Shown here one piece after another: positions 37,626 through 51,400 of a stretch of 64,000 nucleotides of DNA. Position 1 is the first letter of the stretch, and every line of letters begins with the position of its first letter. A program made the translations under genes and the position numbers. This DNA comes from Girardia tigrina (taxonomy: Eukaryota). A model generated the notes under the pieces. That model worked only from the letters and a program-made list of their open reading frames with translations. It was not told where the DNA came from and made no database searches. Where the stretch lies: the NCBI GenBank assembly GCA_001938485.1, contig MQRK01243259.1, positions 1 to 64,000 of the forward strand, read 5' to 3'.

Positions 37626-38584
37626 TAGTGCTTTTTTTGTGACGGTACGCGCCGGTACAGCGTACCGGCACCTTTTTCAAGTGATGAAAAATAAAAAAAT
37701 ATTTTTTTCGTTTTTTAATGTATATTTTTAAATTTTTATATTATTCCTATTTCATAATAATAATTTTATGATAAATCGGAATTTTAAATTTTAAAATTGC
37801 ATCTATAACACTTAAACACATTAAAAAAGTAATGTAAAAAATTGTCTACCTTAGTATAATATAATATGCGCATCGTACCGATTAGTACGTACTGCGTATA
37901 ACTCATACTAAGATCGTGTTCGTTATTAACGCCGAGCAAGTTATTTAGCCGTCAAAAATTATATATCCACATTGAAAACGCATCCGTCACCTGAAAAGAG
38001 CTTAGGCAGCCACATTATTTATAAACACGCGCGTAATGTGACGTCATTATTATTAATAAGTTCACGCTTGTTTTTAAACGCAATGAATAGAAATTTTAAA
38101 ATAAAACAAATTTAAATTTAAAACATTAAAATAGCAAATTTAAAAATTTATAATTAATTGATTTATAAAATTATATTTAATTAATTTATCCCACTTTAAA
38201 AATGAAGAGGATTATTGATTTCTTTTCGGCTTCGCATTCAAGCAATTTTCCGGCAAATAAAAAAATCAGACTGAATGAAGAAATAACGACAGAAGGTGTC
38301 ACAGAAGAAACCCGCTTAATTTTTTCTTTTTGAAAAATACAATTAACAAAATTAGTTTTTTTATGGTCCGAAAACGAGCTCCTTTTCAAGCCAAATGCCT
38401 GAAAATGTGTTGGCGGCTGGGGCTTCGCCCGAGAACCCTTAATCGCAAGCAGCTTAGCGTCTTCGACGCTCGCGCTCAGGTGCCTTCGGCACTCTCGTTC
38501 GTCCACTTCAAAAATAGCATCCCTGAATGGCAGAACAGAAATGTGGTCACCCTAGTACCGGCATCTATTTTTTTACAAAAAAAG

Positions 38585-38589
<5 letters not shown>
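37626..38589. mobile_element. Non-autonomous DNA transposon (hAT-like) inserted in a (TA)n tract
   Basis: Perfect 15-bp TIRs tagtgctttttttgt / acaaaaaaagcacta, with gtaccggca subterminal motifs. Confidence 0.8.
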
Positions 38590-38618
<29 letters not shown>

Positions 38619-40879
38619 CTAATTCTACATGTAACACATATATACATATCTATATATATACTTTTTTATTAAACATTTTTTTACTTATCTAAATTTTTTT
38701 TATTTTACAATTTTAATGAAACATTTGAACTCATTCTGAAACATACTAAATTATGGGACTTTTTACTAATTAATGGGAAATTTGTAAATTTAAGGGAAAT
38801 TTTATTATTTTATATTTTATTATTTGTCCACTTATGTGGTAAGAGAAAAAAATGAATGCCAAATTATATAAATAGAAGAAGAAAGAGTTATGGTTGAATG
38901 TGAGAGTTACCGACAACCAACGAATCCTCTAATTGTATTAGTTCAAGAAGCATAACTGGATTAACATGAGTCTATCTCTAGCCAGTCCGCGGAGAGTTAA
39001 GTGTACGCAGAAAAACTCTAGACAGACAAAATCATAGATTTTAGACCTAAAGTGAGCATACCTGTACATCAGGGTGGATCAAACATAATGGTACTATCAA
39101 GTTTTACAGAACCAGGGTCAGTCCTGGTATCTCACTCGACTAGGTTTTTATTTAGTATCACACGAAAGATCACACGGAGAATTCTTGACACGCACTTTAA
39201 ATATCGTGTTCGGAAACATACCACGTTGATATCGTAAAAGATAACACAAACACATTCATCGGTTTGCGACAGTGCTCAATCGTTTCGGTCTTGTTGTAAA
39301 AGAAAATATTAATAAAAACTATTAATGAAAGTTTTCCTATAATTAATGTTGTAACTCATTTAAAAGGTTTGTAGGAGTTCAATTCAATTTATTAACATTA
39401 AATTATTTTATTATCGTTGTTAGAATTTAAGGGAGCTCATATAAATTTGGTAATTTCAATATTTAAAATCCATCAAATTAATTTTCAAAATATTAAAAAA
39501 TATTTTATAAATTAAAATATAGTGTAAAGAATTGTAGAGAAAATATATGTTTTATAAATTAAAATATCGGAAAATTAAAGGGTTGAAAATATTTTAAATT
39601 AATGTCTAAAATGAGAATTTCCTTATTTATAGATTAGTATAAAAGTGTAAATATATAAAAAGAAATATTTTAAAATAATAAATATCAAAATGAAAATTTT
39701 GGTAAAAGATTTTTTTCTGAAAATGAAAATTTTATAAGAATTAAAATGGAAAAGTTTAGTTTAAGATTTTTTTGTTAAAACGAAGATTTTTTAAATGAAA
39801 GTTTTATAAGGTTTTGAAAAAAAAGATGTACCGAAAACGGTTGGAAAAATTTCGATGAATTTTTTTGTAGTTGATGCTTTCAATATAAATGTTCAAAATA
39901 ACAGATCAAAAATAAATAATATTATTAATAAAAAATTTTTTTATAAAAACAACCACGTTTTTCAAGCATTACCAATGCACTAAAAAGAGGAAAATAATTT
40001 TTTTCTAGAAATGTGAGAAATTTTATACCTAANNNNNNNNNNNNNNNNNNNNNNNNNNNNNNNNNNNNNNNNNNNNNNNNNNGCCCCACGTTTTTGGTTA
40101 GGTATAAAATTTCTCACATGTCTAGAAAAAAATTATTTTCCTCTTTTTAGTGCATTGGTAATGCTTGAAAAACGTGGTTGCTTTTATAAAAAATTTTTTT
40201 AATAATAATATTATTTAACTATTTTTAGTTATCATTTAGGAAATTTTTTTCAAAATTTTTTTTATCAAATTGTATTGTCATCGGAAGCAAGCCTGTATAG
40301 AACTTCATTCACGAAAATAAACGAAAAGATTGCTATTTAATACCGTGTATAAATTTGTAGATAATCATAAGTGGTTTTTTGCAAAAAAAATAGAAAAAAT
40401 TATTTTTTTTCAAAATTTTTTTTATCAAATTGTATTGTCATCGGAAGCAAGTCTGTATAAAAAAATTCAGCTCAATTGGATGACTGAAAACGGTCGAAAA
40501 ATCAATCGCAAGATTTGTTCCAGACAAACAGACAAACAGACAAGAAAGCAAGCTAATAAAAACGTGGTAAAAAATGAAACTATTTTACAATTAAGACATA
40601 ATAAGTTTGTTGAGAAAAATATATTCCAATAGGTATAATAGTATGTTAACGTTTAAAATTAATTGTAATTATTATAATTTATTATTTATTGTTTCGAATA
40701 TAATTTATTGCTAAAAACTTTCAATACATCACGTTTGGCCTCCAATAAACATTTAATCATTTTGTATAAATATTTTTTATATCATTTATACCAATTCTAA
40801 TCGATAACACACAAAAACGATTCCGACACGAATATATATAATATTTAAAAATTCAAAATAATTTTCTAGAATTAAATTA

Positions 40880-41570
40880 AAATCATTTATTAAAAAATTA
40901 TTAAATATTACTAAAAAAAACTTTAAATAAATAATTTTTTTCGAAACAAAACTTAAGAATTATTTAAAAATTATAAAATATTTACTGAAAGAAATTATTT
41001 AAAAAATTTATTCTTTTCAAATTTTCAATATTCTTAAACTGGTGAGGACCCATCAACAAATACATCCAAAATAATAATAAAATAATCAAAAATATAAAAT
41101 AAAAACTACAGGGTGCAACACCAAATATTTCGGAGAATACTTCCAAGGAATGACAATTTTATGATGGATTAAATCTTACTTTTGTATTTTTCTTCTCGTA
41201 TCGTATTGTAAAAGCTTGTGTTCTTTTCTATATTTTAATCTAAATATATTTGTCTTTTATTTGGTGTAGCCAATTGTAGTTTTTCTTTTATATTTTTGAT
41301 TATTTTATAATTATTTATTTTATGTATTATTTTGGGAGTATTTTTTGATGAGTCCCCACCAGTTTAAGAATATTGTTGGGTACTCATTTATGCACAATAT
41401 TTAATTCTGCTATTTAAATAATATTTAATAAATTATTTTAATTTTAAAAAAATATTAACATTTTTTTCAGTAAATATTTTATAATTTTTAAATAATTCTT
41501 AAATGTTGTTTCAAAAAATCCTTTATTTAATTTTTTTCAATTATATTTAATATTTTTTTAATGATTTTAA
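40880..41570. repeat. AT-rich fold-back element
   Basis: About 40880-41130 is an imperfect inverted copy of about 41260-41570 (aatattcttaaactggtgaggac / gtccccaccagtttaagaatatt). Confidence 0.75.
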
Positions 41571-41924
41571 TCAACTTAAATTGAATCAAATTATTTTAAC
41601 ATCGATATCGGTCCGTCGCTAATTTTCCTCAAGATTCGTTAGGAGATAATTTAAATTAATTAAATAAAATTCATAATAATATTCGAAATAGGCCCCACCT
41701 AATAACAATGCTGGCACTTTTTGAAATCGGTGTTAATTTAACCATTTAACGACTTGTACGTCAAAACGTCTTTCCGCCAAGGCGCTACACTGACAGAATT
41801 GTATTGATGCAGGCAATTCAGATTGAACACGTCCTTAAATGGATTTACTCTTCACTTTGGTTCGTCCGCAATATCACATTGAAAAGTGTGACCAACAATA
41901 TATATATATATATATATATATTTG

Positions 41925-42290
41925 TAATCATGGAATTTAGAAACCATTTTTCGAAGGCTTTTTACTGAATAAATTTTCTTCAAACTTTGCACACTTACTA
42001 ATTCTCGATGACAATAAATAATAATGTGAAAATTCGATCAAACAAAACCTTTTTAAGGTCTCGAAATTGGGAAAAACGGTCCCATCAGAGTTCCTGAACA
42101 ACATTAATTGAAAAAGATCATATATAAATTAGAAATTAGAAATAGTTTATATTAATTTTTAAATTTTTTATAATTTTTTTTTGAAATTATTTATTTTAAT
42201 TAAAACTTTGTTGGTAAAGTAGAGTTCTGTCAGCATAAAGAATGGATATAAAAATTAAATTTTTTGTCTTACTAGTTTATCTAATCTACT
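41925..42290 (+). repeat. Dispersed repeat (further copies at about 46510-46860 and 54135-54430)
   Basis: Shared ttttcttcaaactttgcacacttact...aagaatggatataaaaattaaattttttg sequence. Confidence 0.75.
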
Positions 42291-43422
42291 AAATTTAAAA
42301 GGGGTTACGGAGTATTTTTAATTCATATATAGTAAAATACAAGACGATAAAGTTTTGAACCTTTTCAAAAGAAACAGTTACCCCTACTCATCAGTCTTTT
42401 TTGTTAAAAATGAAAATTTTAAAATAAATAATAATTCATATAAAATCTTATTTAAAGTACATATTTTTTTAGATATTATAAAAGTCATTTCGTTTAAATC
42501 TATATTTATTTGTTTTATATTTATTATTTTTTAATTTAATTGTTTTTGTCCCTTTGAAAATTTTTTTTTATTATTCTAATATTTCATTTATTTCCTGACA
42601 GTTTTATTGGCTTTAAACATCTGTTATGGTTTTTTGTCAACAGTCTCAATTTAAAAAAAATCATAAATATTTAATTCAGCATTCCTCATTAAATACTAAA
42701 TAGATAAAATTAAAAAAAATAATAATTTTGTGTTATATAAAGGTAAAAAGAGTTGAAGAGAAATTCTTTAAAGTTTTTTCATACAAAATAATTGAAAGAT
42801 GGTTTTAAAAATTTTACAAAATTATCTAAATAGTTTAAGATTAAAATTATTCTAAATAAAATATTCCAATACTTCAAACACAACCTCTTCGTGTATGACA
42901 AGGAATTCTGACAGTTGATCAAAAAATAGTTTTTTTATACTTACTTTACATGGATCCAGGGTGGATCATCCAGCTATCCGGAAGAAAATTAGAAAATTAT
43001 TACAATTTTTTTAAAAATGAAATTTTTTTTTAAATTTGATAAATAGCGTAACAGTCCATTTGCCATATAAATGAATTGTAAACTGAAATTTACTGGTAAC
43101 TGAGGTTGATTTAATGGCTAACTATGTTCCTTTTTTTAATAAAAGATTATTAAAATTGATTGTCGTCTGTGTTTTCATAAAAGATTGATTGTTTCAGTTT
43201 CATGTCTTAAATCATCAGAATCACAAATATTTCGATGTGACTTTTGTCTCATAATACAAGTTTATTGTCACGGTTTCCTTTTCGGACATAAAATCTCTTT
43301 ACGGAGTATCATAATTTTTATGAGAGTTCGTTCTTTCTATTAATTTTTCTTCTAATTAGCATTAATCGGCTTCGAATCTAATTTATAGACATATTTAAAA
43401 TAATACTACTGAAAAGCTGTAA

Positions 43423-45758
43423 CAGTTTTCCTAGACAACATAGTTCGATTCTTACTCAGTTTTGGTATCATGTTCTTGGGCTCACAAAAATTTCAGTACC
43501 TTGTGGTGGCTTGAAACGATTCAATACATTTTTAACTCATTTATCATTGTGGACCGAAATCGACGCCGCCACGTCTCAAACCGCGGTGCACTAGTCGACG
43601 GAGTGAGCCGGTGTCGTGTGCGGGGATCGACCATCGGGATCCTATCAGCTCGAGCGGTATTCACTACTTCGAACCCGGCAATGTACAACGGAGATTTGGC
43701 ATTAACCGGCCGGGGTATCAATCCGAAACAACCTGCCTACCGCGAAGCTTACAATACATGGGATGTTTAAACTGCAATAACTTTTATAGCAAAACAACAT
43801 GAAAAAATGGTTTTAAATAACAAAAAAGCATTTATTTAAATTTAATAATATTCAACAGAATAACCATCAACATCAATACAATGTTTAAGGCGTCCATGAA
43901 AAGACTTAATGGCATTTTGGCACATTTCACCATCTATTTTCTCCGCTTCTTGACAAATAAAATTTTTAAGTACCTGAATTGTTTCTGGTTTTCTCTTATA
44001 CACTTTATTCTTCAAAAAATCAAGTGGTGTCAAATCAGGTGACCTGACTGGCCAAACATGTGGACCAAATCGTCCGAGCCAACGTTGTGGAAACGCTCAT
44101 CCAGAAATTGTCACACAATCATTGAATAATTGGCAGGTGCTCCATCTTGGTGGAATACAGCTTTCCGTTTGCATGTTCTTGATAACGATGGCATAAAGCA
44201 ACTTTTTAACATATCCAGGTAAAGTGCCGCTGTTATGTTTCCTTCAATAAAAAAGGGTCCATAAACACGAGTTGAAGACAACCCCATCCAAACATTAACT
44301 GTTTCACTAGCCTGTGACCTCTGATATGCTTCAGTTGGTATTTCAGTGCCCCAAATGTGACAGTTATGTCTGTTTACAACGTCGTTAAGATGGAAAGTTG
44401 ACTCATCAGAGAATATCAGGTTACTAAGAAAATTTTCATCTACATCTATCGATTGAATTAACGTTTCACACATAAAACGTCTAAGAAAGCAATCTTATTC
44501 ATTCAAAAGTTGCGTGGCTTGAATTTTTTAGTAGAACATTTTTAAGTCATTTTGTAATACTTTTTGAACAGTCCCATAAGAGCAATTCAGAATTGACAAT
44601 GACTTCCTGATAGAAGGCTAGGGTTCTTGCTCAAAATGTTCTGCTATCTCATATTTCTTTTCATCATCAATTGGTGGTCTTCCAGATTTTGGGGCATTCC
44701 TGTTTCTTCAAACTTTTTGAAGATGCTTCTAATACTTTTTTCGGTTGGAATATTTTTCCATTTAAGTCGTTGAAGTTTTCTTCTTACTAAAGTCACTGAC
44801 TCATGCTTCGCAAATAAAATAACACTTTTTATACGCTGATTTACATCAATTTTGAATCTTACGCTTAAAACAATAGCAACAATTAACGGATAACATCAAA
44901 TAGTAGGTGGACATGAAATAGTAGGTGTAATGAAGTTTTCAAAAAATTTTCCACCTACTATTAAAATAGTAGGTGGAATCAAATAGTAGGTGTATCGTTT
45001 TTAAAGCAATTTATAAAAAAAATATTTTTAAAAATGAAAAAAGAACTTTATAAAAATTAAAAAATGTGTCATAAAATCGATGTGGGCTGATGGCAGAAAA
45101 TCGAAGCCAGTTGTATTATATAAAGGTAAACAGACGAACGACTTTAAGATAAATGGGAATATTTATAGTGTAGCACAAGATAAAGCATGGGTTANNNNNN
45201 NNNNNNNNNNNNNNNNNNNNNNNNNNNNNNNNNNNNNNNNNNNNNNNNNNNNNNNNNNNNNNNNNNNNNNNNNNNNNNNNNNNAGACAAGTTCAAAACAA
45301 AAGCACCAAATAGTAGGTGTAAACCAATATTGGGCGCCTTTTCAATTTTTTTCCATCTACTATTAAAATAGTAGGTGTCCTACTATTTCATGTTATCCGT
45401 TAATACATTTAAAAAAATATACTTTTAATTAAATTTTAAAGAATAAGCTTCAAGATGCCTTTATAATTAAAACGAAATACATTATAATTCAAGTTATTGC
45501 AAAATAAATTTTATAATGCATATTAAACATTGAAGAAGGAGCCATGGTGCAAATAAATCTCTTATCTTAAATAAAGTTTCTTTGAAAACACTTTTTTGAG
45601 TTTATCATTTTAATATTTGAAATTTTAATGTACATGTATCACCAATTTGACATGAAAGGGTTTAGCAAATGGTATCAAACTACATATTCTTAAAGTGTTC
45701 AAAGCGTTCTTGCAATAACTCAGGGGACACTAGATTGAGTAGATTTTCTAGGAAACTG
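43423..45758 (-). mobile_element. Tc1/mariner DD41D (rosa-type) element, pseudogenised, with nested insertions
   Basis: FSDESTFHL..VNRHN, FHQDGAPA...WPVRSPDLTPLDF. Short TIRs cagttttcctaga / tctaggaaactg. Confidence 0.8.
44884..45402 (+). mobile_element. pogo/Tigger-like element (gapped) nested in the DD41D element
   Basis: TIRs taacggataacatcaaatagtagg / cctactatttcatgttatccgtta. ADGRKSKPVVLYKGK...QDKAWV. Confidence 0.75.
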
Positions 45759-45924
45759 GAATAAAGTCCGTCACTTAAAAGGCATTAGCTTACCTAATTT
45801 TGGTGCGAAGGCTGTGAGGAGTCGTGACCCTACAGTCGATGGTGAGATAGCATTACCATGATAGTCGATTGAATTGAAATGTTTTTCTATTTTTTTATTA
45901 GCTTACTTTTTATATAGGTATATA

Positions 45925-46500
45925 CACCGCCCTACCAAAAGTCACCGACCACCGGTGTGTTCGCAGTAATGAGAGATTATGAGAATTTTTAAACGAATGA
46001 TATATTTACAAAAAATAGAATGTATAATATTAATGAATTTTTAATTCTTTGTACAGTGGTCCTTTGCATTTTATAACCTCTTTCACTCTATCTGGCATCG
46101 AGTTGACGACACTAGCTAGGAAGTCCAGAGGAATATTGCGCCACTCTTCCTGAAGGTATTCTGCTAGGACAGCAAGAGAAGACGGTAGAGGGCGTCTTCG
46201 ACGGATTCGCTTCTCCAACTCCTCCCAAAGTTTNNNNNNNNNNNNNNNNNNNNNNNNNNNNNNNNNNNNNNNNNNNNNNNNNNNNNNNNNNNNNNNNNNN
46301 NNNNNNNNNNNNNNNNNNNNNNNNNNNNNNNNNNNNNNNNNNNNNNNNNNNNNNNNNNNNNNNNNNNNNNNNNNNNNNNNNNNNNNNNNNATTAATATTA
46401 TACATTCTATTTTTTGTAAATATATCATTCGTTTAAAAATTCTCATAATCTCTCATTACTGCGAACACACCGGTGGTCGGTGACTTTTGGTAGGGCGGTG
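45925..46500 (-). mobile_element. Tc1-type element with about 110-bp perfect TIRs (gapped)
   Basis: TA-CACCGCCCTACCAAAAGT ... GTAGGGCGGTG-TA. LWEELEKRI...LQEEWRNIP...SMPDRVKEVIKCKG. Confidence 0.85.
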
Positions 46501-47539
46501 TATATACATGTATCCAAGGAATTTAGAAACCTGTTTTTGAAGGTTTTTTACTCAATCGATTTTCTTCAAACTTTGTACACTTACTCATTTTTGATGACAA
46601 TAAATGATTATGTAAAACTATGATGGAAAAAAACTTTTTAAGGTCCCAAAATGGCAAAAAAATGGAAAATTAGGATTTCCCGAACAATATTAATTGCAAG
46701 ATATCTACTTATAAAAATATAAGTAGTTTATATTGATTTTTAATGTGAGTTTTAATTAAAACTTTTTAAATATTAAAAACTTTGTTGGCAAAGTAGAGTT
46801 ATGTCTGAATAAAGAATGGATATAAAAATTAAATTTTTTGATTTACTATTTTATTAATTTTGGTTATGTCATGTTGCAATGAAACATCGCTTAATACAGG
46901 TGGAGCAGTATGCTGTCAATCACCAGTTGGGAGAGAGGTATAAAGCGTCCCAGACCCCTTAAAAAGCCTCGAAATGAGTACCTTTATAAGATATGAGATT
47001 TACGTGCAACAACTAGGGAAACATTTGAATGGAAAAACTCAAACTGTTATTCATTAATATTTGACAGTCTTTTCAATATAAGAGCCATTTAAATTCACAC
47101 ATATTTTAGTCAGCGTTACGTTAGAGAATACACTTTCGAAGAAATCCGAGGACTGAAAGCAGAAAACTCACCATTTTTTCCCTTAAATGTTTAGTATTTG
47201 CCAATATAGCCATGTAAATATTTCTTTTATACAAAGTACATATGTTTCGGATTTTTTATAAAAAAATTTTTTATAAAGAAAATTTTTAAAAAGAAATGAA
47301 AATTATTATTAGTTGCAAAACAAGTTGATTTCTTTTTTAATATTTCTTTTGATTTCTGAAAGTTCTTTTGTTTTTATATTGCACAGTTTTTATTTAATTA
47401 AATTGTTGCTTAGCAAATTGTGAATGAAAATAAAGAAATTGTGAAGTTTTCGTTTTTTTTTGATTTGAGATTTTGAAAAGTTTGTCTGAATTGCTGCTTG
47501 AATTGTGATTGGGATTTCGAAAAATAAACGCATTCGGAA

Positions 47540-47845
47540 ATGGCAGATGACCAAATTTAGTGATATCGAATGCGACACCGATCAACGTTTTCAAAGCACT
47601 AATTTTCTCGTTATCCGGAGTGTCTGCAGACCGGCAGAAAATAATAATGGAATGGGATCTAAGGAAAAGATGGAAAAACGATAATGACGATTGGCACGAG
47701 AAAAGAGATTTTTCGATTGTCTGTTCGATTTTCGGGAAATCGTCCAAGGGTATGAAAGAAAGTCATTTCGTTAAAGCTGTAGAAATTTTACAAGGATTGA
47801 GGAGCTTCGGTATAACGTGTTATCTCAACTCAACTCTGTCATTAG
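47540..47845 (+). pseudogene. USP14/Ubp6-like deubiquitinase N-terminal fragment (Ubl domain plus Cys box)
   Basis: VFKALIFSLSGVSADRQKII..NDDW and GLRSFGITCYLNSTL resemble USP14 VFKAQLFALTGVQPARQKVM..DDDW and GLTNLGNTCYMNATV. Shortened linker; no visible rest of the catalytic domain. Confidence 0.7.
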
Positions 47846-48267
47846 ACATTAAACTTATGATAATAAAGATACAATAAAAATTTAATCAATTGATAAAATA
47901 TTATTTCCTTCCTACACAGGTCACGGGTGTTCCTTGTACCTGAGTCTAAAAATTAAATCTTTGAAATCAAATGAAAAATAAATTAAAAAATTCAAAATTT
48001 ATAGTAATGAGACTCAAAAAACTAAATATCATTTCCGGTGAAATTTAAAAATTTAAACTATTTTGTTAATAATTTTTATTATTTATTTCACTAAAAAAAT
48101 ATATATATAAATAATATTTTCTTGCAAAATTAAGTTTCCTTTAGTGTTATTGGTTGATAATAATTATATTTTCTTAAATACGATTAGTTGACGAAATTAA
48201 AGGAAAATATCATTTTATATTATATTTATGTGATTCTAGTAATATTTTTAAGCTTCTTAACCGTATA

Positions 48268-49521
48268 ATGATTCCTCAGTGTTCCCCTGACGATCAATAC
48301 TCATTTTTAAAAACAAATTTTGTAAAATACTTTGTTTCCTGGAGTTTTGCCCTACTTAGTTTAGCAGGGATATTCGGAAGTATACTTTGTATTATAGTTA
48401 TAATAAAACACCGAGTTTTTGTACATGGTACTCGGTACTGGTTTATTTATTTATCCATGAGTGATATTCTAATGTTGGCATTTCCCGCGATGGATTTATA
48501 TCTTTATTGTATGATTGGAAATTATTATATAATTATATTATCGAAATTGAGTGTTTTTGGTTGTGAACTTCGAAATTGTGCGATAAACTTTTTTGCTTGG
48601 ACTGCAAACGTTCTTCAAGCTGGTTTATCTATTGAAAGAACAATCAGTGTTGTTAATCCAATGCGCTCAAGAATAATTTTTACAACAGGACGAACGAAAC
48701 TTATTATTGGAATTCTAATATCTATCAGCTTCATTTCGTCATCTTTTATCAATTTTCTGACATTTAAACGTGTTAACGGAACGTGTACACGTCCGACCCA
48801 CCCCAATGCGTCTATTGATGTCACTCGTATTGTGTATTCAATAGATCTTATAATATTTAGAGCCATACCCTTTTTAGTGATGCTTATTTCTTCAATTGTT
48901 ATTATAATCCTTATGAAGTATCATGGTCGAAAACGTGAACGCATCGGCCACCAACCCGGAAATTTTAATTCAAAATCGCAATTAAAGAATAGAGAATTTA
49001 AAATGTCTGTAATATTAATTTCCATGAATATGGCGACTTTGATAACGAACCCTTTATTTTTGATATTCGAACTAGTCGATGGTGCGGGATCAGAAGGTCA
49101 AACCTATGGAAAGCTAACGAACAATTATTGCATCTCAGATTTTTTAATCCTTCTTTTCAATTTTTTGATTTATTTCAATAATCAAACGAATTGGATATTC
49201 TACGTCCTCATCGGAGCGAAATTCCAACATTATTTTCTTTTAATTTTGTCCAATTTATTTCCATTTTTCAAAAAAGAAAGCGAAGATTCAAACAGTTTAC
49301 CCTACGAGTCGACGGCAGTGGCCGATAAAAAACTACTGAAAAATTCGGATTTCCTAATTCCCAACAAAATCCAAAATCTGAATTTGGAAAGGAAATTCTC
49401 TTGTTTATGTTGGAAAATTAAAAAACGTAATTTACATTACAATAAGGAAAATTTAGGAGAATCAAATATGAATCAAGAAAACGAAACAGAAATCGTTGCT
49501 TTGATACATACGACTCTTTAG
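48268..49521 (+). CDS. Intronless rhodopsin-class (family A) orphan GPCR, peptide-receptor-like, 417 aa
   Basis: Seven hydrophobic segments. TM2 LSMSD, TM3 GC...SIERT followed by VVNPMR, TM5 IPF, TM6 NP, TM7 NWIFY..GAKF. Uninterrupted ORF with aataaa downstream. Confidence 0.92.
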   Translation: MIPQCSPDDQYSFLKTNFVKYFVSWSFALLSLAGIFGSILCIIVIIKHRVFVHGTRYWFIYLSMSDILMLAFPAMDLYLYCMIGNYYIIILSKLSVFGCELRNCAINFFAWTANVLQAGLSIERTISVVNPMRSRIIFTTGRTKLIIGILISISFISSSFINFLTFKRVNGTCTRPTHPNASIDVTRIVYSIDLIIFRAIPFLVMLISSIVIIILMKYHGRKRERIGHQPGNFNSKSQLKNREFKMSVILISMNMATLITNPLFLIFELVDGAGSEGQTYGKLTNNYCISDFLILLFNFLIYFNNQTNWIFYVLIGAKFQHYFLLILSNLFPFFKKESEDSNSLPYESTAVADKKLLKNSDFLIPNKIQNLNLERKFSCLCWKIKKRNLHYNKENLGESNMNQENETEIVALIHTTL

Positions 49522-49889
49522 AGTTTCGAATACGAAAGCAAAATATTTTTATTTTAATAATGGAAACAATTTTATTTGATTTTAAAGAATAAAATTGAAA
49601 GATTTTATTGTTAATTTCTAATATTATTTATTTTTTTAATTAAATAATTTGATTACTTTATTGACATCAATTATAAATAAAAATAATAATTTAATCGTAT
49701 CATTTTATATATTTTTAAATTAAAACTAAATTATTAAAGAATATCTTTCAAAAGATAACATAAATTCCTTTTAAATAAAAGTGATTGTCGAAATGTCACG
49801 AAATAAATTACGTAAAATTATTTGAAAGAAAGTGATTGAAAAGTTGTTGTATCATTGATCTAGGATCACAAGATCTTAGAAAAACCATC

Positions 49890-50075
49890 TTTTGGCAATT
49901 CGAAAGCAATTTATTTTAGACTCTTGCAAAACGTCTTGGATTCACAGACGCCCATACGACTTCGTATCACCCACAATCGAACGGTCTGGTCGAGTGTTTC
50001 CATCGAACCATGTAGATTTCCTTATGTTGTTTAGGCACCTCTTCAAACTGGCATGATTCATTTCCACTCTGATCA
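49890..50075 (+). mobile_element. Gypsy integrase fragment
   Basis: QFESNLF..LAKRLG...TTSYHPQSNGLVECFHRTM. Confidence 0.75.
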
Positions 50076-50099
50076 CTTCTTACTGGGATAGTGAGTTCT

Positions 50100-51400
50100 C
50101 ATTTTCCAGGTGATATTCGAATTTCCTCTTATTTATGGAGTAATCTGTTCTTGCTATTTCTTCTCTTCTATCCGTTTTTATCCGAAATTCTGTCCCAATT
50201 TTCATAGTGGTCTTCTACTTCTATTCCTCACCATCTCGTTTAGCCTTGATAGAACATAAAATTATATAATGCACTGGAGAAATTAGAGCTTCACATTTGG
50301 TTGCCTAATTAGGATCTCTGTGCCATAAATCAATTGCATTTCCAATGAGCTTCTTTGTGGTGGTAATATAATTCATATAATATCTAAAGGTTTTCTTATT
50401 TTTTTTAATTTTTGCAAAAAGAGCAGCATTTACAACCCTCAGTTATTATTTGCACTAAAACATTGTATTATTTTATCTATTAATGCCCATCCGGAGGTTG
50501 TGAAGTCCTCCCCGTTGCTACTAACATACTGATTCTGTTTCTTTGCTGTGAACTGCTTGGAAACAACCGGCAAAATTCATTTCTAATTTATATCTGAAAA
50601 TAATATAATTAAAAACTAAATGAAATAGATAAATTTTATAAGAACGAATAATTCAGTCATTATGCAAGTCAGTTATGTATATTCGTACTTTAATCATTGC
50701 CGTACATTCAACAACACAATTATTCGCCAAAAACATTTCCATGTTTTCTTCTCAATCTTGGAAAATCTTTGGTTTATCTGCAATCTACATTATTTCTTTA
50801 GGTTTTTATATCTTTTTTCATTTGTCTCTTTGGATCGAAATTCGACATCTTAGGAAACTTGTTTATTTGTGTCATGTTCTTTTCCGTTCCGTCGTTATTC
50901 GATTCCTAAAGCTCTTAGCAGTTCTTTATTAATTTTTATACTGGTCATTACAATAAAATATATATTTCTCCGTGTTTCTTTAATTTCTACCTCTATCGAT
51001 ATTTTACTGATATAATCTCGTTGATTTTGGACGGCACAATGTGATTCAATGTCTGATTTTTTTAAATTTCACGTTCATTCATATCTTGAAATCTTCCTTC
51101 TAATTACATTTATTATTGACTGTGTCTATTAAATATTCATCCTAGGTCATTTATATATCATGTACAACTGTTTCCGGCCTTGTTCTCAAACATTTCTTTC
51201 TTTATAAATTTTAGTACATTTTCCTTTTTTCATTTCTTCAACATTATTCTCATTATTTATCACTACGTCTATAGTGTTTGATATGTTACTTCTACTATAA
51301 ATAATAATACTCGGGGAGTGATTGATTTTTTTAACTTTATTGCACCGAGGGGCTCTACTTCTGTCAAGGTGTCGCCTTTTGTGAGTTCACTTCCGGCTAC
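50100..51400 (-). mobile_element. Probable degraded retrotransposon gag-region remnant
   Basis: Pyrimidine-rich + strand with broken coding-like stretches resembling 3870-4900. No decisive motif. Confidence 0.35.

Noticed and set aside
39915-40215. Near-perfect inverted repeat flanking a gap
   Set aside because: Symmetry around an N-gap may be a scaffolding artefact and cannot be trusted without reads.
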